DNA from: Felis catus | Lineage: Eukaryota | DNA: 64,000 nt | Direction of reading: 5' to 3' | NCBI RefSeq assembly: GCF_018350175.1 | Contig: NC_058368.1 | Coordinates: forward strand, 14,448,001 to 14,512,000 | Shown here: positions 11,456 through 24,541 of the stretch, piece by piece | Layout of the letters: each line of letters starts with the position of its first letter | How positions within the stretch are numbered: the first letter of the stretch is position 1 | The notes under the pieces: model-generated | Database searches by the model: none | Told to the model about the DNA's origin: nothing | What the model saw: the letters and a program-made list of their open reading frames with translations, nothing else | Program-made: the position numbers and the translations under genes

Positions 11456-14400
11456 CAAGGAACATTAAGTTTTGGAAGATTTACGTAGAAGAATTTTTTC
11501 TTTTCTTTTTTATTTTTTTTACATGTAGAAGAATCTTAATAATGCTTGGAGTTCAAATAAAATATGGTTTCAACCTTTAATTCCTGGAGTTGACCCGATT
11601 TCTGTTCATTGTGTTCTGAAAGATACAACCTATGCCTCATTTTATACCTTATTAGATACTACCATGAACAAGATGTTAAAACCTGGCATTCTTGCATTTA
11701 AGACAATAGCAGAGTGATTGCTAACATAGCTTTGTCTAAATGATTCTGTTAGGTCTGAGGATTTTTCTAAAGGTTTTCGAGTTGTGTTTCATATGATCAG
11801 CTAATGAATTCAGCACCACTTCCCCAACCCCAACCTTTTTCTCCTGTTTAGCATTTTCCACTTTTTTACTCTGTGATGTACAAGCCCTCCCTGGTTAATT
11901 ATGTATATATTTAGCTACTGCATGTGTTGGGCTTATTATTGTCATCTAATTAGATGTAACTTGAACTGCTTGCTTCTAGAAAAATCATTAAAAATTCTTT
12001 CCTAATGACCTAGAGATGACAAAATGTCTGTAAAGTGTGAAGAAGCAGACAAGCACAGGAACATCGCTCTTAAAGAGTGTTAATCCAGATGCTGCAATCA
12101 TCTAATTAAACAATATTTTGCTGTCATTAACATTTTCACCAAGGAATTGCAGTTATAATTTCTTTGTCAGCTGTCTCTAGATCACTTTACCTTCAAAACT
12201 AAAGTGCCATATAAAAACATTAAATTGGATGGTTTAATTAAAAAGTTTTTTTCTTTAAATGAAGAAACGTATCCAGTGTTTCTGAGATCTCATTTACTGT
12301 GCTTCACTTTTATTGTTTGAGTAGATTAGTGTCATAGGCTTGCAATATTTAATATTCATCTTCTAAGATAAAACCTTATGAGCATAGTTAGTTAAAAAAA
12401 AAAATCAGCACTTACCACTGCTGGAAAAAAAAGAACCCTACCAATTACAGCATAAGGTTATTTACTAAATTTCAATTATCCTTAAAAAAAACCCAAAATA
12501 TAAAAAACAAAAAAAAACAGAACAGTTGATAAGTAGGTTCCTCCAAGTGCCAGAACCTAATAGGTATTACTTTGGAAACATTTCATTTTTTTTTAATTTA
12601 GTAAAGTCTTTTTGTTTGTTTGTTTGTTTCACTGAGGTGTTTAGTAAAATAATTAAGTAACATGCTAATTCATGAACACAGAATCCCAAAGTACCATTTA
12701 ATTATTCTTTTTCATCCATGTGATTTTTAAATACATTGAACATTTTTCATTTAAATAAAAAATATATGTTGACTATCCATATTGCAAGGCTTTTATGTGA
12801 AAATTTTTATTTAAAAAGGTTTGACTATAACTGTATAAGTACATTTATTTATAAAATTTTTTTGTATTTATTAGAATTTAAATGGTGCTATCACCCTTCG
12901 TAATTTAAATATTGCTAAATTTTCCTAAGAATTTATTTTGAAATAACCTTCCAAAGATCATTAAAAGTGAATTACAAAACATGTTGCAGAGAGCAATTTC
13001 ATAAACTGTGAGTGTTGGCATCCATCAATGTTGTGTGTGTATTTTAAAGATAATGCTTGCTTGCTTTGTTCTTTTTCCAGAAATACTATTCTATCATTTC
13101 CTATATTAGAAAGTCACTTCTATTAAAAAGCTGGTATCTTCAAATATGGTCTCTATTTTTATGCTGTTTGCATTTATATGATACATTTAAGTACTGAGTC
13201 AAGAGAAATTGGCTTTTTATTTATTTTATCTTGAGAGGTTTTTTTTTCCCCTTAGTGTATATGGTATAAAACTTTATCAGAAAATTTAAAAACAATTATG
13301 ATATCTAATTTTCAACTAATTCATTTTTATGAATAATATAAATGTATGTTACATAAATAATAGCAACATTATTCTATGAAAATACACTCATTTAGTGGAA
13401 GACCTATTTTTCATTGAAACCGACAGATTTTTAAGTAGAATGGTAACCCAGAAAACGACAGAGCCTTAAATATGCCATGGGCCCAGTTAGAATCCCAGAA
13501 ATAGCTCTGCTTAACCAATCTAGACTCTCTCTATATATTCCATGTGTAGGAAAAAATATGGATAGTAATCAGGTGTCCTAGGTTAACATATACATGAGCT
13601 GTCAATAATACATTTAAAATTTTATACTTTTATACTTTGTAGTTTGCAGTGATACTGGTTTGGCAGAAAATGTTCATGCACAAGACTTTAATAAAGGTTC
13701 CAAATTCTTATTTATTCTCATCAGTATTATTCTTCCCAGTAGACTTACAAACATAAAACAGGTGCATTCATCGGCCGAGCTGTCTAGCCGCAGACATTTT
13801 CCTCATGGTTCACCATGTCACTCTGTCTCGTATGTAGTGCATTGCCTTTGCATGGTCCTCATCCGCCAAGAGACCATCCTGCAACTTTCCTTTTTCACTT
13901 GACTGTTTGTTCACCTTTTAAAATTTGGTTCATTTTATGCCATTTTTATCATATGTGTATTCATTCCTTCCACCGACATTTATTGGCAAACAGTGTGTTT
14001 GAGATTAAAAATGAAACACAACCCTAGACTCTACATTCGTGAGTGTGCAGAGTAATGGGGAAGCAGACAAGTAAACGTGCATTAGGGGCAACTTACATCT
14101 GTGTGAGTGCTGTGGTGTGTGGTAGGGGAGCCCGAACCTGCCCCTCACCTCATTCCGGGGAAGTGCTGTCTACAGGTCACCTACGTCTATAATACGTACC
14201 GACATCAATGCACACACCTAAAACAATGTGTCATTTTTGTTGTAAAATATAGATTCACAGGTAAAATAGTCACCCAGTAAAATGTGTATGAAATGAATGA
14301 ATTAGTTTGATCTGATGCTTGCAATAGCACATTTAGTTCTCCCTTGGATTATAGTTCGTTTTTTTTTTTTCTATTTCACAATCACAATTACCAACTGCTG

Positions 14401-15550
14401 CAGGAAGTAGGTATCATTTAATGACAATTCTTGACGACAAACAAGATAACGTATGCATATCTATGTTACCGTCGTGCTATATGTGGTGTGTGCACTAAAG
14501 CATTCTGGATGAAATCTATACAAATGGATATAAATTATATTAAATCCATGTAAACCATCACGAAGTACTGGTCAAATCACTCTTTTGTATGAATTTGAAT
14601 GGAAGTTTAGAAAGTTGCCCATGATCAGATTATGACATATTTTTACCTAAAAAAAAAAAACCTTGTCCAACAAAAGTTTTCTTTGGCCCCTGTTTCTTTA
14701 ACAGCGATTCTCTTAATTCCCTCTGCTCACATGTTATTTCAGTACCAGTTTATGAGGGCAAGCCAGTGCTGTGCTTTCCCTAAACTTTCCACCTTCCCGC
14801 TGTGTTTCAGTGAAAGTCGTAAGTCATTCTAGGAAAAAATAAACGGCAAACCCAACCAAAGGTCCAGCAGTTGTCCCCTAAAGTGAAATAACATAATCCA
14901 TAATGTGTGGGACATCTGTCTCTGAACTTTTTCATTCTGGCTTCAGAGTACTCCCGTGAGCCCTTCTCAAGTGATCCTTAGAACCCTTGGTATAAGCTCA
15001 ATGTAGCATTCTGTACACTGGCAATATAATTTCTAGGTATATAGTCATTGGAGTAGAATACCATCACATAACTTGCAAATGTACAGGTCGGCAGGAGGAC
15101 CTCATCCAGGATCACTTTTAGGAATCTTCACCAGCAGGGAGGGCTCTGCTCTTCAGGCTGGTCATATCGTCATCACAGCCGGCAGCGAAGCAATGGAGAA
15201 GGGAGGCGCCCGCGTGGCGGCGGGTTGTAGTGGGTCAAGACTAGGAGTGGGGCAAATCACTTCTGCTCATGTTCTATAGATTTGAACCTCTGAGTGCCAT
15301 GCCCACAGCTGCCTGTGAGGAAGGTTGAGAAATGTGGTCTAGCCCAAGAAGATAAATCAATGACGATCAACAGCTAACAGTCTCTCCCACAAGCTTCTAT
15401 TATGAAAAGTCATTCTAGTTACTCGTTTCTTAATTATTATTGAGTGAATTCACTTGAAACACATTGTTGCTAGAGTGCTTTTTATTAAACAAAGACGTAG
15501 TTCAATAAACAAGTTACTGTTTTCTGAAATCCAATAGTTTCCTTATATAA

Positions 15551-15796
<246 letters not shown>

Positions 15797-16424
15797 TAAA
15801 CCTGCATCTTCTTTTGTGGTCTGTGACTAAAGCACATCAATTCTTAGCATAAGAACTAAGCTGTAAGAGGATAAATTAGTACTAGCATAGACAAAATGAA
15901 ATGCATACTTGAGAAAAAGCAGATGTAAGGAGAGGTTGCTCACATATCCTTGGTTTCAAAGGTCAAGGTAAAAAAAAACCTGAAATTAGAACAAAATATT
16001 ATGGTAAATTATTTCTATGATATATTTCTTAGGTGATAAGACATATCATCTTGACCATCTGTACACACACGCGCTATGTAGGGAAACGTAATAGTGAAAA
16101 AAAGTAGGGCACAGTAATTTATCAAGGATCTGTTAAGATACAAGAGAGAAGATTTGGCCCCAAAAAATGGCAAGAAAAAATACATAATGGTGGATAAGAA
16201 TAAAAAAGCAAATTTTCAGTTAGTTTACCTCATTTATCCAGAGAAAACTTCAGTGGGTTACTAAATTATTTGAAGTGCAGTGAAAAATTAGGAACTAAGC
16301 CCCAAAATGCTTCTCTGGAGCCTAAGCTGATGTCAGAGCCAGACCCTAAAGTTTACACATACACTTCAGCCATTTTAAGCCTCAGCTCATTCACTCTGAA
16401 TTTCGCTCTCTTTTCTATCATACT

Positions 16425-16433
16425 TTTTTTTTT

Positions 16434-16485
<52 letters not shown>

Positions 16486-16665
16486 CAGAGCATGAACGAG
16501 CATGCCAGCAGGGGAGGGACAAAGAGAGAGGGAGAGAGAGAATCTTAAGCAGCCTCCAGGACCAGCACAGAGCTGACGTGGGGCCTGATCTCAGGACCGT
16601 GAGGTCACAACCTGAACCGAAATCAAGTGTTGGATGCTGAACCGACTGAGCTACCCAGGCGCCCC
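16425..16665 (-). mobile_element. CanSINE, antisense, with expanded (GA)n
   Basis: Poly-T, (GA)n, ends cccaggcgcccc. Confidence 0.93.
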
Positions 16666-16879
16666 TCTACCATTCTTGGTTGTCCGCTTTAGTATCCTGC
16701 AGCAGGTTAGGGGGCACACGTGTGTGCGTTTGGTTTGGGTGCAGGGAGGGCTGAGGGGCTCAGCAAGAGATGCGTAAGCCCTGCAAGTCAGGGAAACATG
16801 CATTGTGGCCAATTTAAAAGTGATCCCACAGATAGTTTTTAACTCAGCACACCTTCTCTTGCCTCTTTTCTTACTTTTG

Positions 16880-17100
16880 GAAACTAGACCTACGAGGTTG
16901 AAGTTCTGTATTACACGGCTTACTAGCTGTGTGACCTGATGTCACTTTCTCTTAGCCTTGGTTTCCACATTTGTAATGCGAGAATAGTACCATCCTAAGC
17001 CACACGGTTGCTAAGATCAAATGACACATGCATTTAAAGAATGTGACACTGGTACTTGGCACATTGAAGCACTTCGTGACTATTAGCTATTATTATCATA
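16880..17100 (+). mobile_element. MIR
   Basis: cttactagctgtgtgacct...ccttggtttccacatttgtaa...agctattattatc. Confidence 0.75.
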
Positions 17101-17579
17101 CATGCAATATTTCTTAGCCTGTTTTTGAAGCCAGTGTACAAATATCTGCACATTCTTATCTGTCGTTCACTCTCTAGTTCTTTTATGTTTTGTGTGACCT
17201 CCTTATCGAATCTCTGTTGCTACCTCATTGCTAATTTTAGTTATGATGTTACAGGTTTGAAAGGGACCTGAAGAGATGAGTTAGCCAACATCTTGCTGAG
17301 AATCACACATCTGGGAGAAAACAAAATGCTAGCAATTTAATTCTAATATGGTCTCAAATATAGTAATTTTTCCAGTCCAAATGAACTGTACAAAAATCTT
17401 GCATCATTTACCATGGACGAGTAATTATTCAGGCCCAGGTAGATAGAAACAGTGTACTTCATGGGGCCTGCCCTCCCGGAGCAAATATAGTTATAAAGCA
17501 AATATAGTTATAAAGTATCTGAAACCATTCTCTGCAAAATCGAATGATAAGGTATGATATTTTACAGAGAACTACATGA

Positions 17580-17810
17580 GAGGCAATAGGCAGTAGTTAG
17601 GAAAGGGAACCCCGGAGCTAGACTGCCTGGGTTCACATCCTAATTCTGCCAACTTACTGGCTTCAGGGTCTTAGACAAGGTTAATTTTCGTTTTGCCTCA
17701 GTTTCTTCACCTGTAAAATAGGGGCAATAATAATAGATGTGTTGTGAGGATTTGATGAGTTAGTAAGTGTAAAGAACTTAGGAGAGTTCTTGGCATTTCA
17801 ACATTAGCTA
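17580..17810 (+). mobile_element. MIR
   Basis: ggagctagactgcctgggttcacatcctaattctgcc...gcctcagtttcttcacctgtaaaataggg. Confidence 0.8.
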
Positions 17811-19534
17811 ACACCGTATGTCTAAAGATAATGTAGTAAATCATTGATAGAGGTCATATACTTTGAATTATCTTTCAGATATTGATGATAAATAGAGATG
17901 CTATTACATTCATGTTAGCATTAGAATGTGTGAAGATATGCATTTTTTGACATGACTTGCCAAGGTTGTGGTGTAATCTTTGGGTGTGAAACAAAACCAA
18001 ACTAACTCATCAGTGTGAGGATGAAAACTGTCAAAATGGTTCTTTTACACCATCTTGTCTGCATGTGTTTTATTTAGCATGACTCAAGTGGCTGTTATAT
18101 GCTAGTCACTATAAAATACACGTACAATAAAATTTATAGTAGATTGTCAAGTAGTATGATATGCAGTATTAAAACCTCAAAAGCTGACTACCACTCTGGC
18201 TATTTTAGATTTTTTTTAAGATTATTTTAAAAACAGGGCAAGAGGGTCTTTTGCTTTGAAATTAACTGGACTATTATGGCAATAGGAAGCTTCTCAGTTA
18301 AGTTCCCTTTACTTCCTCCATTTATTTATTCATTTTTCAGTCAACAAATGTTTATCGTACCCGTGCTATATGTCAAGCACTGTACTGCATGAAAGAGTGT
18401 ACAGGAGTTAATAAAACAGACTTAGTCTCAGCGCTTTTTGGAAAGAGTCCAGTCCAGAGCTGAGATGAAAACTCAGCTAGTTACCAGAAATCTGAGGCCA
18501 GCATTTCTGACAATAGGTTGAGTGGGGACTGGACCAAATTGGAGAGTTCATGCTTAACTACTTGAAGACATTGGACTCAAATGTTCTTGAAACACTATCC
18601 CAACGAAAGAAAAGATAGCCTTCATTATGATTAATATGGATTACAGATGGCATATGGTAAAATATTTGCAAGTCATTAGAGATTTTTAATTTGCTCCTAT
18701 AAAAAAGAGATAAATGAGATCACTGTTTCTAAAGTAACCAGAATATGTAAACATTCTTCAGGTTTTTAGTGCTGATTCATTTAGCGTTCCTTTTGGCAGA
18801 GCATTTCCCTCTGTAACTCACACGTGCTCTCCTGATTGTATGTAATGTTAAATAAGTAGAAGAGGTAAACAAACAAGGTGACGTGAACACTAACTATATG
18901 TTCGCAAGCATGGAGTCCTTCGTGCTGCGAACATTTGAACCTATGAGCTCTTAAAAGATAGATAGCTTTTTTTTCTGCTATGTTCCATGCTTTAGTAATT
19001 TGTTCTTTATATTCTGTCAGACAAACATGATAGGAAAATGTTAGCAAATTAAAGACTCCTGATGTGTTAATAAATTACTCTTGCATTGTTCCCATGCTTC
19101 ATTGAATTTCTTAATAGGAACTTCTTACAAATGGACTAGAAACCCAAAACTATCCTGTATAAAAATCATTAATAAACAAGATTTTAATGTATGAAAATAT
19201 TTTATATACCTAATAGGAAAGTGACATTTGAAGTATAATATTATAATTGGAAGGACAAACTACTAGTAGTGAAATATAATTGTAATGAGATGACCATTAA
19301 GAAGGACATGAAAGTCTTATTGGTATAATCAATACTACAAATGAAATATTTAATACAGAATTTGTTAATCTTCAAAAGCTCAAGGAAGAATTGGAATATC
19401 TGAATGATATTATTAACCAGGAACCTTCTAAAAGGTCTCTAAAAACAAAAGAAGTGTTCCTAAACAAAGATTGGGACCCGTGGAATAATTTCTAGCAGTG
19501 AATAATTCTACAATTGGTTTCAGTAAGCACCTTT

Positions 19535-19753
19535 TTTTTTTAATTTTTTTTTAATATTTATTTATTTTTGAGAGAGAATGAGACAGCACGAGAGACAGAG
19601 GGGCAGAGAGAGGAGGAGACACAGAATCTGAAGCAGGCTTCAGGCTCTGAGCTGTCAGCATAGAGCCTGATGTGGGACTTGAACTCAGAGAGTGCAAGAT
19701 CATGACCTGAGCTGAAGTCAGCAGCTTAACCAACTGAGCTACCCAGGCGCCCC
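19535..19753 (-). mobile_element. CanSINE (SINEC_Fc-type), antisense
   Basis: TSD tcagtaagcaccttt at 19520-19534 and 19755-19769. Confidence 0.95.
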
Positions 19754-19825
19754 ATCAGTAAGCACCTTTGAAGCCCCAAATAATTTTCATGTTCTTTATT
19801 GTATAAAAAACATAAGAAGCTGTGA

Positions 19826-20091
19826 GGGGTTCCTGGGTGGCTCAGTCAGTTAAGCATCCGACTTCGGACCCATGAGATCATGACCTGAGCCGAAGTCGGA
19901 CGCTTAACTGACTGAGCCACCCAGAAACCCCTCACAGCTTCTCTGATCTTGCAGTTTGTGGGTTTGAGCCCTGCGTCAGGCTCTGTGCTGACAGCTCGGA
20001 GCCTGGAGCCTGCTTCAGATTCTGTGTCTCCCTCTCTCTCTGCCCCTCCCCACTCGCACTCTGTCTCTCTCTCAAAAATAAATAAACGTTA
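19826..20091 (+). mobile_element. CanSINE carrying an internal inverted duplication of its own 5' end
   Basis: Head at 19826, inverted copy 19868-19942, body resumes at about 19944; TSD aagctgtga at 19817-19825 and 20341-20349. Confidence 0.93.
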
Positions 20092-20316
20092 GGGGCGCCT
20101 GGGTGGCGCAGTCGGTTAAGCGTCCGACTTCAGCCAGGTCACGATCTCACGGTCCGTGAGTTCGAGCCCCGCGTCAGGCTCTGGGCTGATGGCTCGGAGC
20201 CTGGAGCCTGTTTCCGATTCTGTGTCTCCCTCTCTCTCTGCCCCTCCCCCATTCATGCTCTGTCTCTCTCTGTCCCAAAAATAAATAAACGTTGAAAAAT
20301 AAATAAATAAATAAAT
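20092..20316 (+). mobile_element. Young felid SINEC_Fc inserted in the tail of the preceding SINE
   Basis: CpG-intact; TSD aaataaataaacgtta at 20076-20091 and 20317-20332. Confidence 0.96.
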
Positions 20317-21251
20317 AAATAAATAAACGTTAAAAAAAATAAGCTGTGAAATATACAATCCCTAGAAAATTGAGTTTTTTTCTTTCTTTATAATCCCACA
20401 TTACACTGGCTTCATGAAATTCTGTGTTGTCAGAACTTCTGAATGAAAGCTTGAGAAAACCCAGTTCATATTGGCTTGAACAATAAATCAGTGTTCTGAC
20501 TGAAAATTCAGAGGCACGTTTGGTTTTCAGCGAGATCTTCAACAGTGATACGTATAATAAAGGTTCTTTGGTTCTTTCCTTCTTCGGCTCTGCCTTCCCC
20601 ACTTGGGCCTCAAAGTTCGTCTCCATTGAGTGGCCTCCAAGAGCTCCAAGTACTCCCCTTCAAGTATTAAAATGGCTGTGTCACTTGTTCTAGACCTCAC
20701 ATCATACAACCCAAAGGAAAAGAAAGCATCTCACTGAGTAGCGCTCATGGAAGACAGAAGAAACTTTTTTTTCCCAGAAATCCCAGAAAATGTCTCCTTA
20801 TTTCTCATTGGTGCTGCTTAACAGGGAGGGGAATATGTTCACTGGAGATGAAACAAGCCAGTCATTTCCCATGGTTGGAGCCAAAGGTAGAGTCAGGATC
20901 ACACAAGACATCTGTCAGGGAATGATGAGGTGAAAGTTGACCAAAGGGAATTTGGATTTCCATTCCCTAAAGAAAGAGGACTTAGTTGTGGTCAGCTCTC
21001 TGTTATAAAGTGTCGAGTACATTGTATCTGAGTTTCTTCTCTTCTGTAATCTAGAGAGTAGCAAATAAATTACAGGTTTGTTTGCACACAGCTACTATAT
21101 ATAAAAGGAGCTTTTGCAAGGTGCTAAGAGGACCTTAATGTATAGTCCTCACCCTGGAGGAATATTCACTTGTTATGAGGGGAAAAAAGCCAATAGGCAA
21201 TGGGTTTTTATTACATGCATACAATTTTAATAGATGAACATCAGGTGGAAT

Positions 21252-21410
21252 CAGAGATAAATTTGCCATAAAGCTAATGAAGCTTAAACTTCAAGGCCCC
21301 TCATGTTTCAGGACCTTCCTATGCCTTGCCCCTCATCTTACGCTCACAGGCATAGGTTTGTTTTCATAGAGAGCCCCCCTCCCACAAATTCCTAAGCCCT
21401 CTGGACTTCT
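21252..21410. mobile_element. MER53-like hAT MITE
   Basis: aagctaatgaagcttaaacttcaaggcccctca matches my recollection of MER53. Confidence 0.65.
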
Positions 21411-21680
21411 TTTTCCTCTTCTTTAAAATGAACACAGTACTATTTACATGATAGGGTTGTTGGAAGAATTAAACGCACTAAGGTAGGAAAAGCACGTAGC
21501 GTAATATCTAGCACACGAGTAGCATTCAGTGACTGGTAGCTACAAAACACATTTCTGTAACTGTCAGCTGAGGGCTCACTGTCTTTGGTACGATCAAAAA
21601 AAATAGAGAGAAAGATGGTTTGATTTAATTTTGTTCTAATAAAATAAAAAGCAATACCTTTTAATAAGATACAGAGTCAT

Positions 21681-21891
21681 GGGGCACCCTGGGTGGCTCA
21701 GTCGGTTAAGCGTCCAACTCTGGCTCAGGTCATGATCTCGCAGTTTGTGGGTTTGAGCCCCGCGTCGGGCTCTGTGCTGACAGCTCGGAGCCCGGAGCCT
21801 GCTTCGGATTCTGTGTCTCCCTCTCTCTCTCTGCCTCTCCCCTGCCTGCACCCTGTCTCTATCTCAAAAATAAATAAACATTAAAAAAAAA
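21681..21891 (+). mobile_element. CanSINE (SINEC_Fc-type)
   Basis: Full head, body and tail; degenerate TSD aagat(a/g)ca(g/a)agt. Confidence 0.95.
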
Positions 21892-22566
21892 AGATGCAAA
21901 GTGATATTCTCATACAGAAAGTAATTGCTTTTCATCTCTTTAAATTGTCAAATTATCAAAACCTTAAACATCCAGATACTGAAGTTAAGTGTTTATTGAA
22001 ACTTGAGATGCACATTTATTTAGACTGAAATATTTTATGACATTTATAATATTCATATTCTTTCTTTTAACCCAGTTAATTGAACAAAGAGCACAGGAAC
22101 AGTGAAAGTTCTTTATCAGTAAAATTTATTAGACCCCTCGTTTTGATTAGCCTTCACAGGTTCTAGTTTTATGTATTACCTGTACAAGGTAGAGGTTATA
22201 TTTATTGTTTGGCATGATGGACAGCAAATGAAACAATGTGTCATTGACTTATCTTTTCAGCACTCAACCAGTAGTGGGTGTCGACAATTTTTCCCTCCAT
22301 GTATACAGATTTTCCTTATGGAGATGCAACGTTGTGGTGAAATCTATCTTAAAACATGATATATGCTAATGATTCAGTTATTCACATATACTCACACGAA
22401 CCTTGCTCTTAAATTACAGTGGTTACATGGCTTTGACATGAAGCACAGCCTCTGCTCATTAAAGTGTAAATGGAATTTTCCTATTTCCCAGTCATGCCCT
22501 CTGATAAATGAAATAGTTTCATCACAAAGCCAAGTCCTGCTAATATTGACATGAGCGTTAAGACAT

Positions 22567-22589
22567 CACACACACACACACACACACAC
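22567..22589. repeat. (CA)n microsatellite
   Basis: Read directly. Confidence 0.9.
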
Positions 22590-23462
22590 CCATTCACTGA
22601 GTGGAAAAAATATATTTTGTTAACACAGGAATTGTTTGACTGACAGATGATGATAAGCATAACCATTTTCCCAAATTATTATGCCACTTAAAAAAAGGAA
22701 GTGATAATGCCTCGAGGCTTTGAAATGTGATAATGCAAATGAACGCACTGAAGTGTGAATACTCTTCAGCCGTCCATCCATGATAGTACAGCCAAATGTC
22801 TATATGCGGTATAGAAGAGAGTTTACCTTGTTAGGTGTGGGGGGGGGGGGGGGTGCTCCATTCAGCAATGTGGCACAAGTTTCTATCGTTATTTTATCTT
22901 TTCTTTTTCACCTTAACAATATCTAAAATGAAATTCGTTCTGTTTATTTTAATATATAATCTCACTAATGCTTAGGTTTTAACAACAAAACCTGAAGAAT
23001 GGGCAAACCTACTGGGTGTATTAATAGCTGACTATGATGCTATAAAACTTGGCAGAAGATAAAAATGTGAATGTGTGAATTTAATTCTATACCAAAACCC
23101 GCCAAAAACCTACTGCCAAATTTGAAATACTTTTCTAAATATACGTCGAATGTCACCTTAACGTTAGTATACCCCAACTTGAAAACTGTTTTTGTTAGAC
23201 TTGCTCATACTGCATTGTTGAAGGAGAGGTACTATTTTGAGACGGAGTATTGATTGGCAGTATTTGGAGACTGTTTTAAACTCATGGAATAATCCAACCT
23301 GAGGGTATAACTTGCAAAGGGGGGAAATGCAAAAAAGGCACCAATTTCAAAATTGGGTTTATTTGAATTTATATTTCTATTCATGTACTTGCTCTTCCGT
23401 TATACAAGCATTTATTGCGCACCTACGTTGTGCCAAGTACTGGAGATAAGAAGACGATAAGA

Positions 23463-23650
23463 TGGTTGAGCGTCTGACTTTGGCTCAAGTTATGATCTTA
23501 TGGTTTTGATTTGTGAGTTTGAGGCCAGCATCAGGCTCACTGATGTCAGCGCAGAGCCCATTTCAGGTCTTCTGTTCCCTTCTCTCTGTCCCTCCCCCAC
23601 TCCTGCCTGTGCTCTCTCTCTCTCAAAACTAAATAAAACATTTTTTTTAA
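23463..23650 (+). mobile_element. 5'-truncated CanSINE inserted in an L2 fragment
   Basis: Starts at tggttgagcgtctgact, lacking the head; TSD aagac(g/a)ataaga at 23451 and 23651. Confidence 0.88.
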
Positions 23651-23981
23651 AAGACAATAAGAACTGGTTCATACCCTTAAGAATCTATATTCATTTTTAG
23701 TTTACCCAGTGGCATATTATGTTCTTTTCCTTCTAACTGAAAGAAAGAACCAACTAAGTTCAGACAAAGAAAAGAGTTGGTTCATAGGCACTGTGATAAC
23801 CAGAAATAGTGAGGTGTTTTTTTGTTCACTTTTATCTCCACTATTTGTTGGAGATATGTAACAGGGTGACAGGGAGCTCTGAGGATGTACACAGAAGTCC
23901 CAAACCGGTCCCATGCTCTGCCAGCTTATGCTAAATGTCCCCTAGTCTCTTTTCTTCCCATTTAACCAATTGTCCTACCCC

Positions 23982-23984
<3 letters not shown>

Positions 23985-24035
<51 letters not shown>
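23985..24035. repeat. (GA)n microsatellite
   Basis: Read directly. Confidence 0.92.
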
Positions 24036-24040
<5 letters not shown>

Positions 24041-24084
24041 GAAAGTGCTAGAGCCTGTCCTGCTTTGAAAACTTTAAGCTGTCA

Positions 24085-24541
24085 GGGGCACCTGGCTGGC
24101 TCAGTTGGTACAGTCTGCAACATTTTTTTCTCTCTTTTTTTTAATTTTTAAAAGGTGTTCATTTATTTTAAAAAGTGTTTATTTTTGAGACAGAGAGACA
24201 GAGACAGAGACAGAGCAGAGTGGGGGAGGGGCAGAGAGAGGGAGACAGAATCCAAAGCAGGCTCCAGGCTCTGAGCTGTCAGCACAGAGCCCGATGTGGG
24301 GCTCAAACCCACAAATCGTGAGATCATGACCTGAGCCAAAGTTGGTTGCTTAACTGACTGAGCCACCCAAGTGCCCCATGCAACTCTTGATCCAAGGTCA
24401 TGAAGTCGAGCCCCATGTTGGATGTAAAATTACTTGTCAAATAAATAGATGAATAGTGAAAGAAAGAAGAAGGAAGGAAGGAAGGAAGGAAGGAAGGAAG
24501 GAAGGAAGGGAGGGAGGGAGGGAGGATGAAAGAAAAGAAAA
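24085..24541 (+). mobile_element. Short-type CanSINE interrupted by an antisense SINE; tail converted to (GGAA)n
   Basis: ggggcacctggctggctcagttggta...|...gcaactcttgatc...gagccccatgttggatgta; TSD gaaaactttaagctgt at 24067-24082 and 24542-24557. Confidence 0.88.
24123..24377 (-). mobile_element. CanSINE (SINEC_Fc-type), antisense, nested
   Basis: Poly-T start, ends agccacccaagtgcccc; tgcaac repeated at both junctions. Confidence 0.93.

Noticed and set aside
17480..17513. 17-bp exact tandem duplication agcaaatatagttataa (similar small ones at about 6085, 26178 and 60481)
   Set aside because: Ordinary slippage duplications with no further structure.
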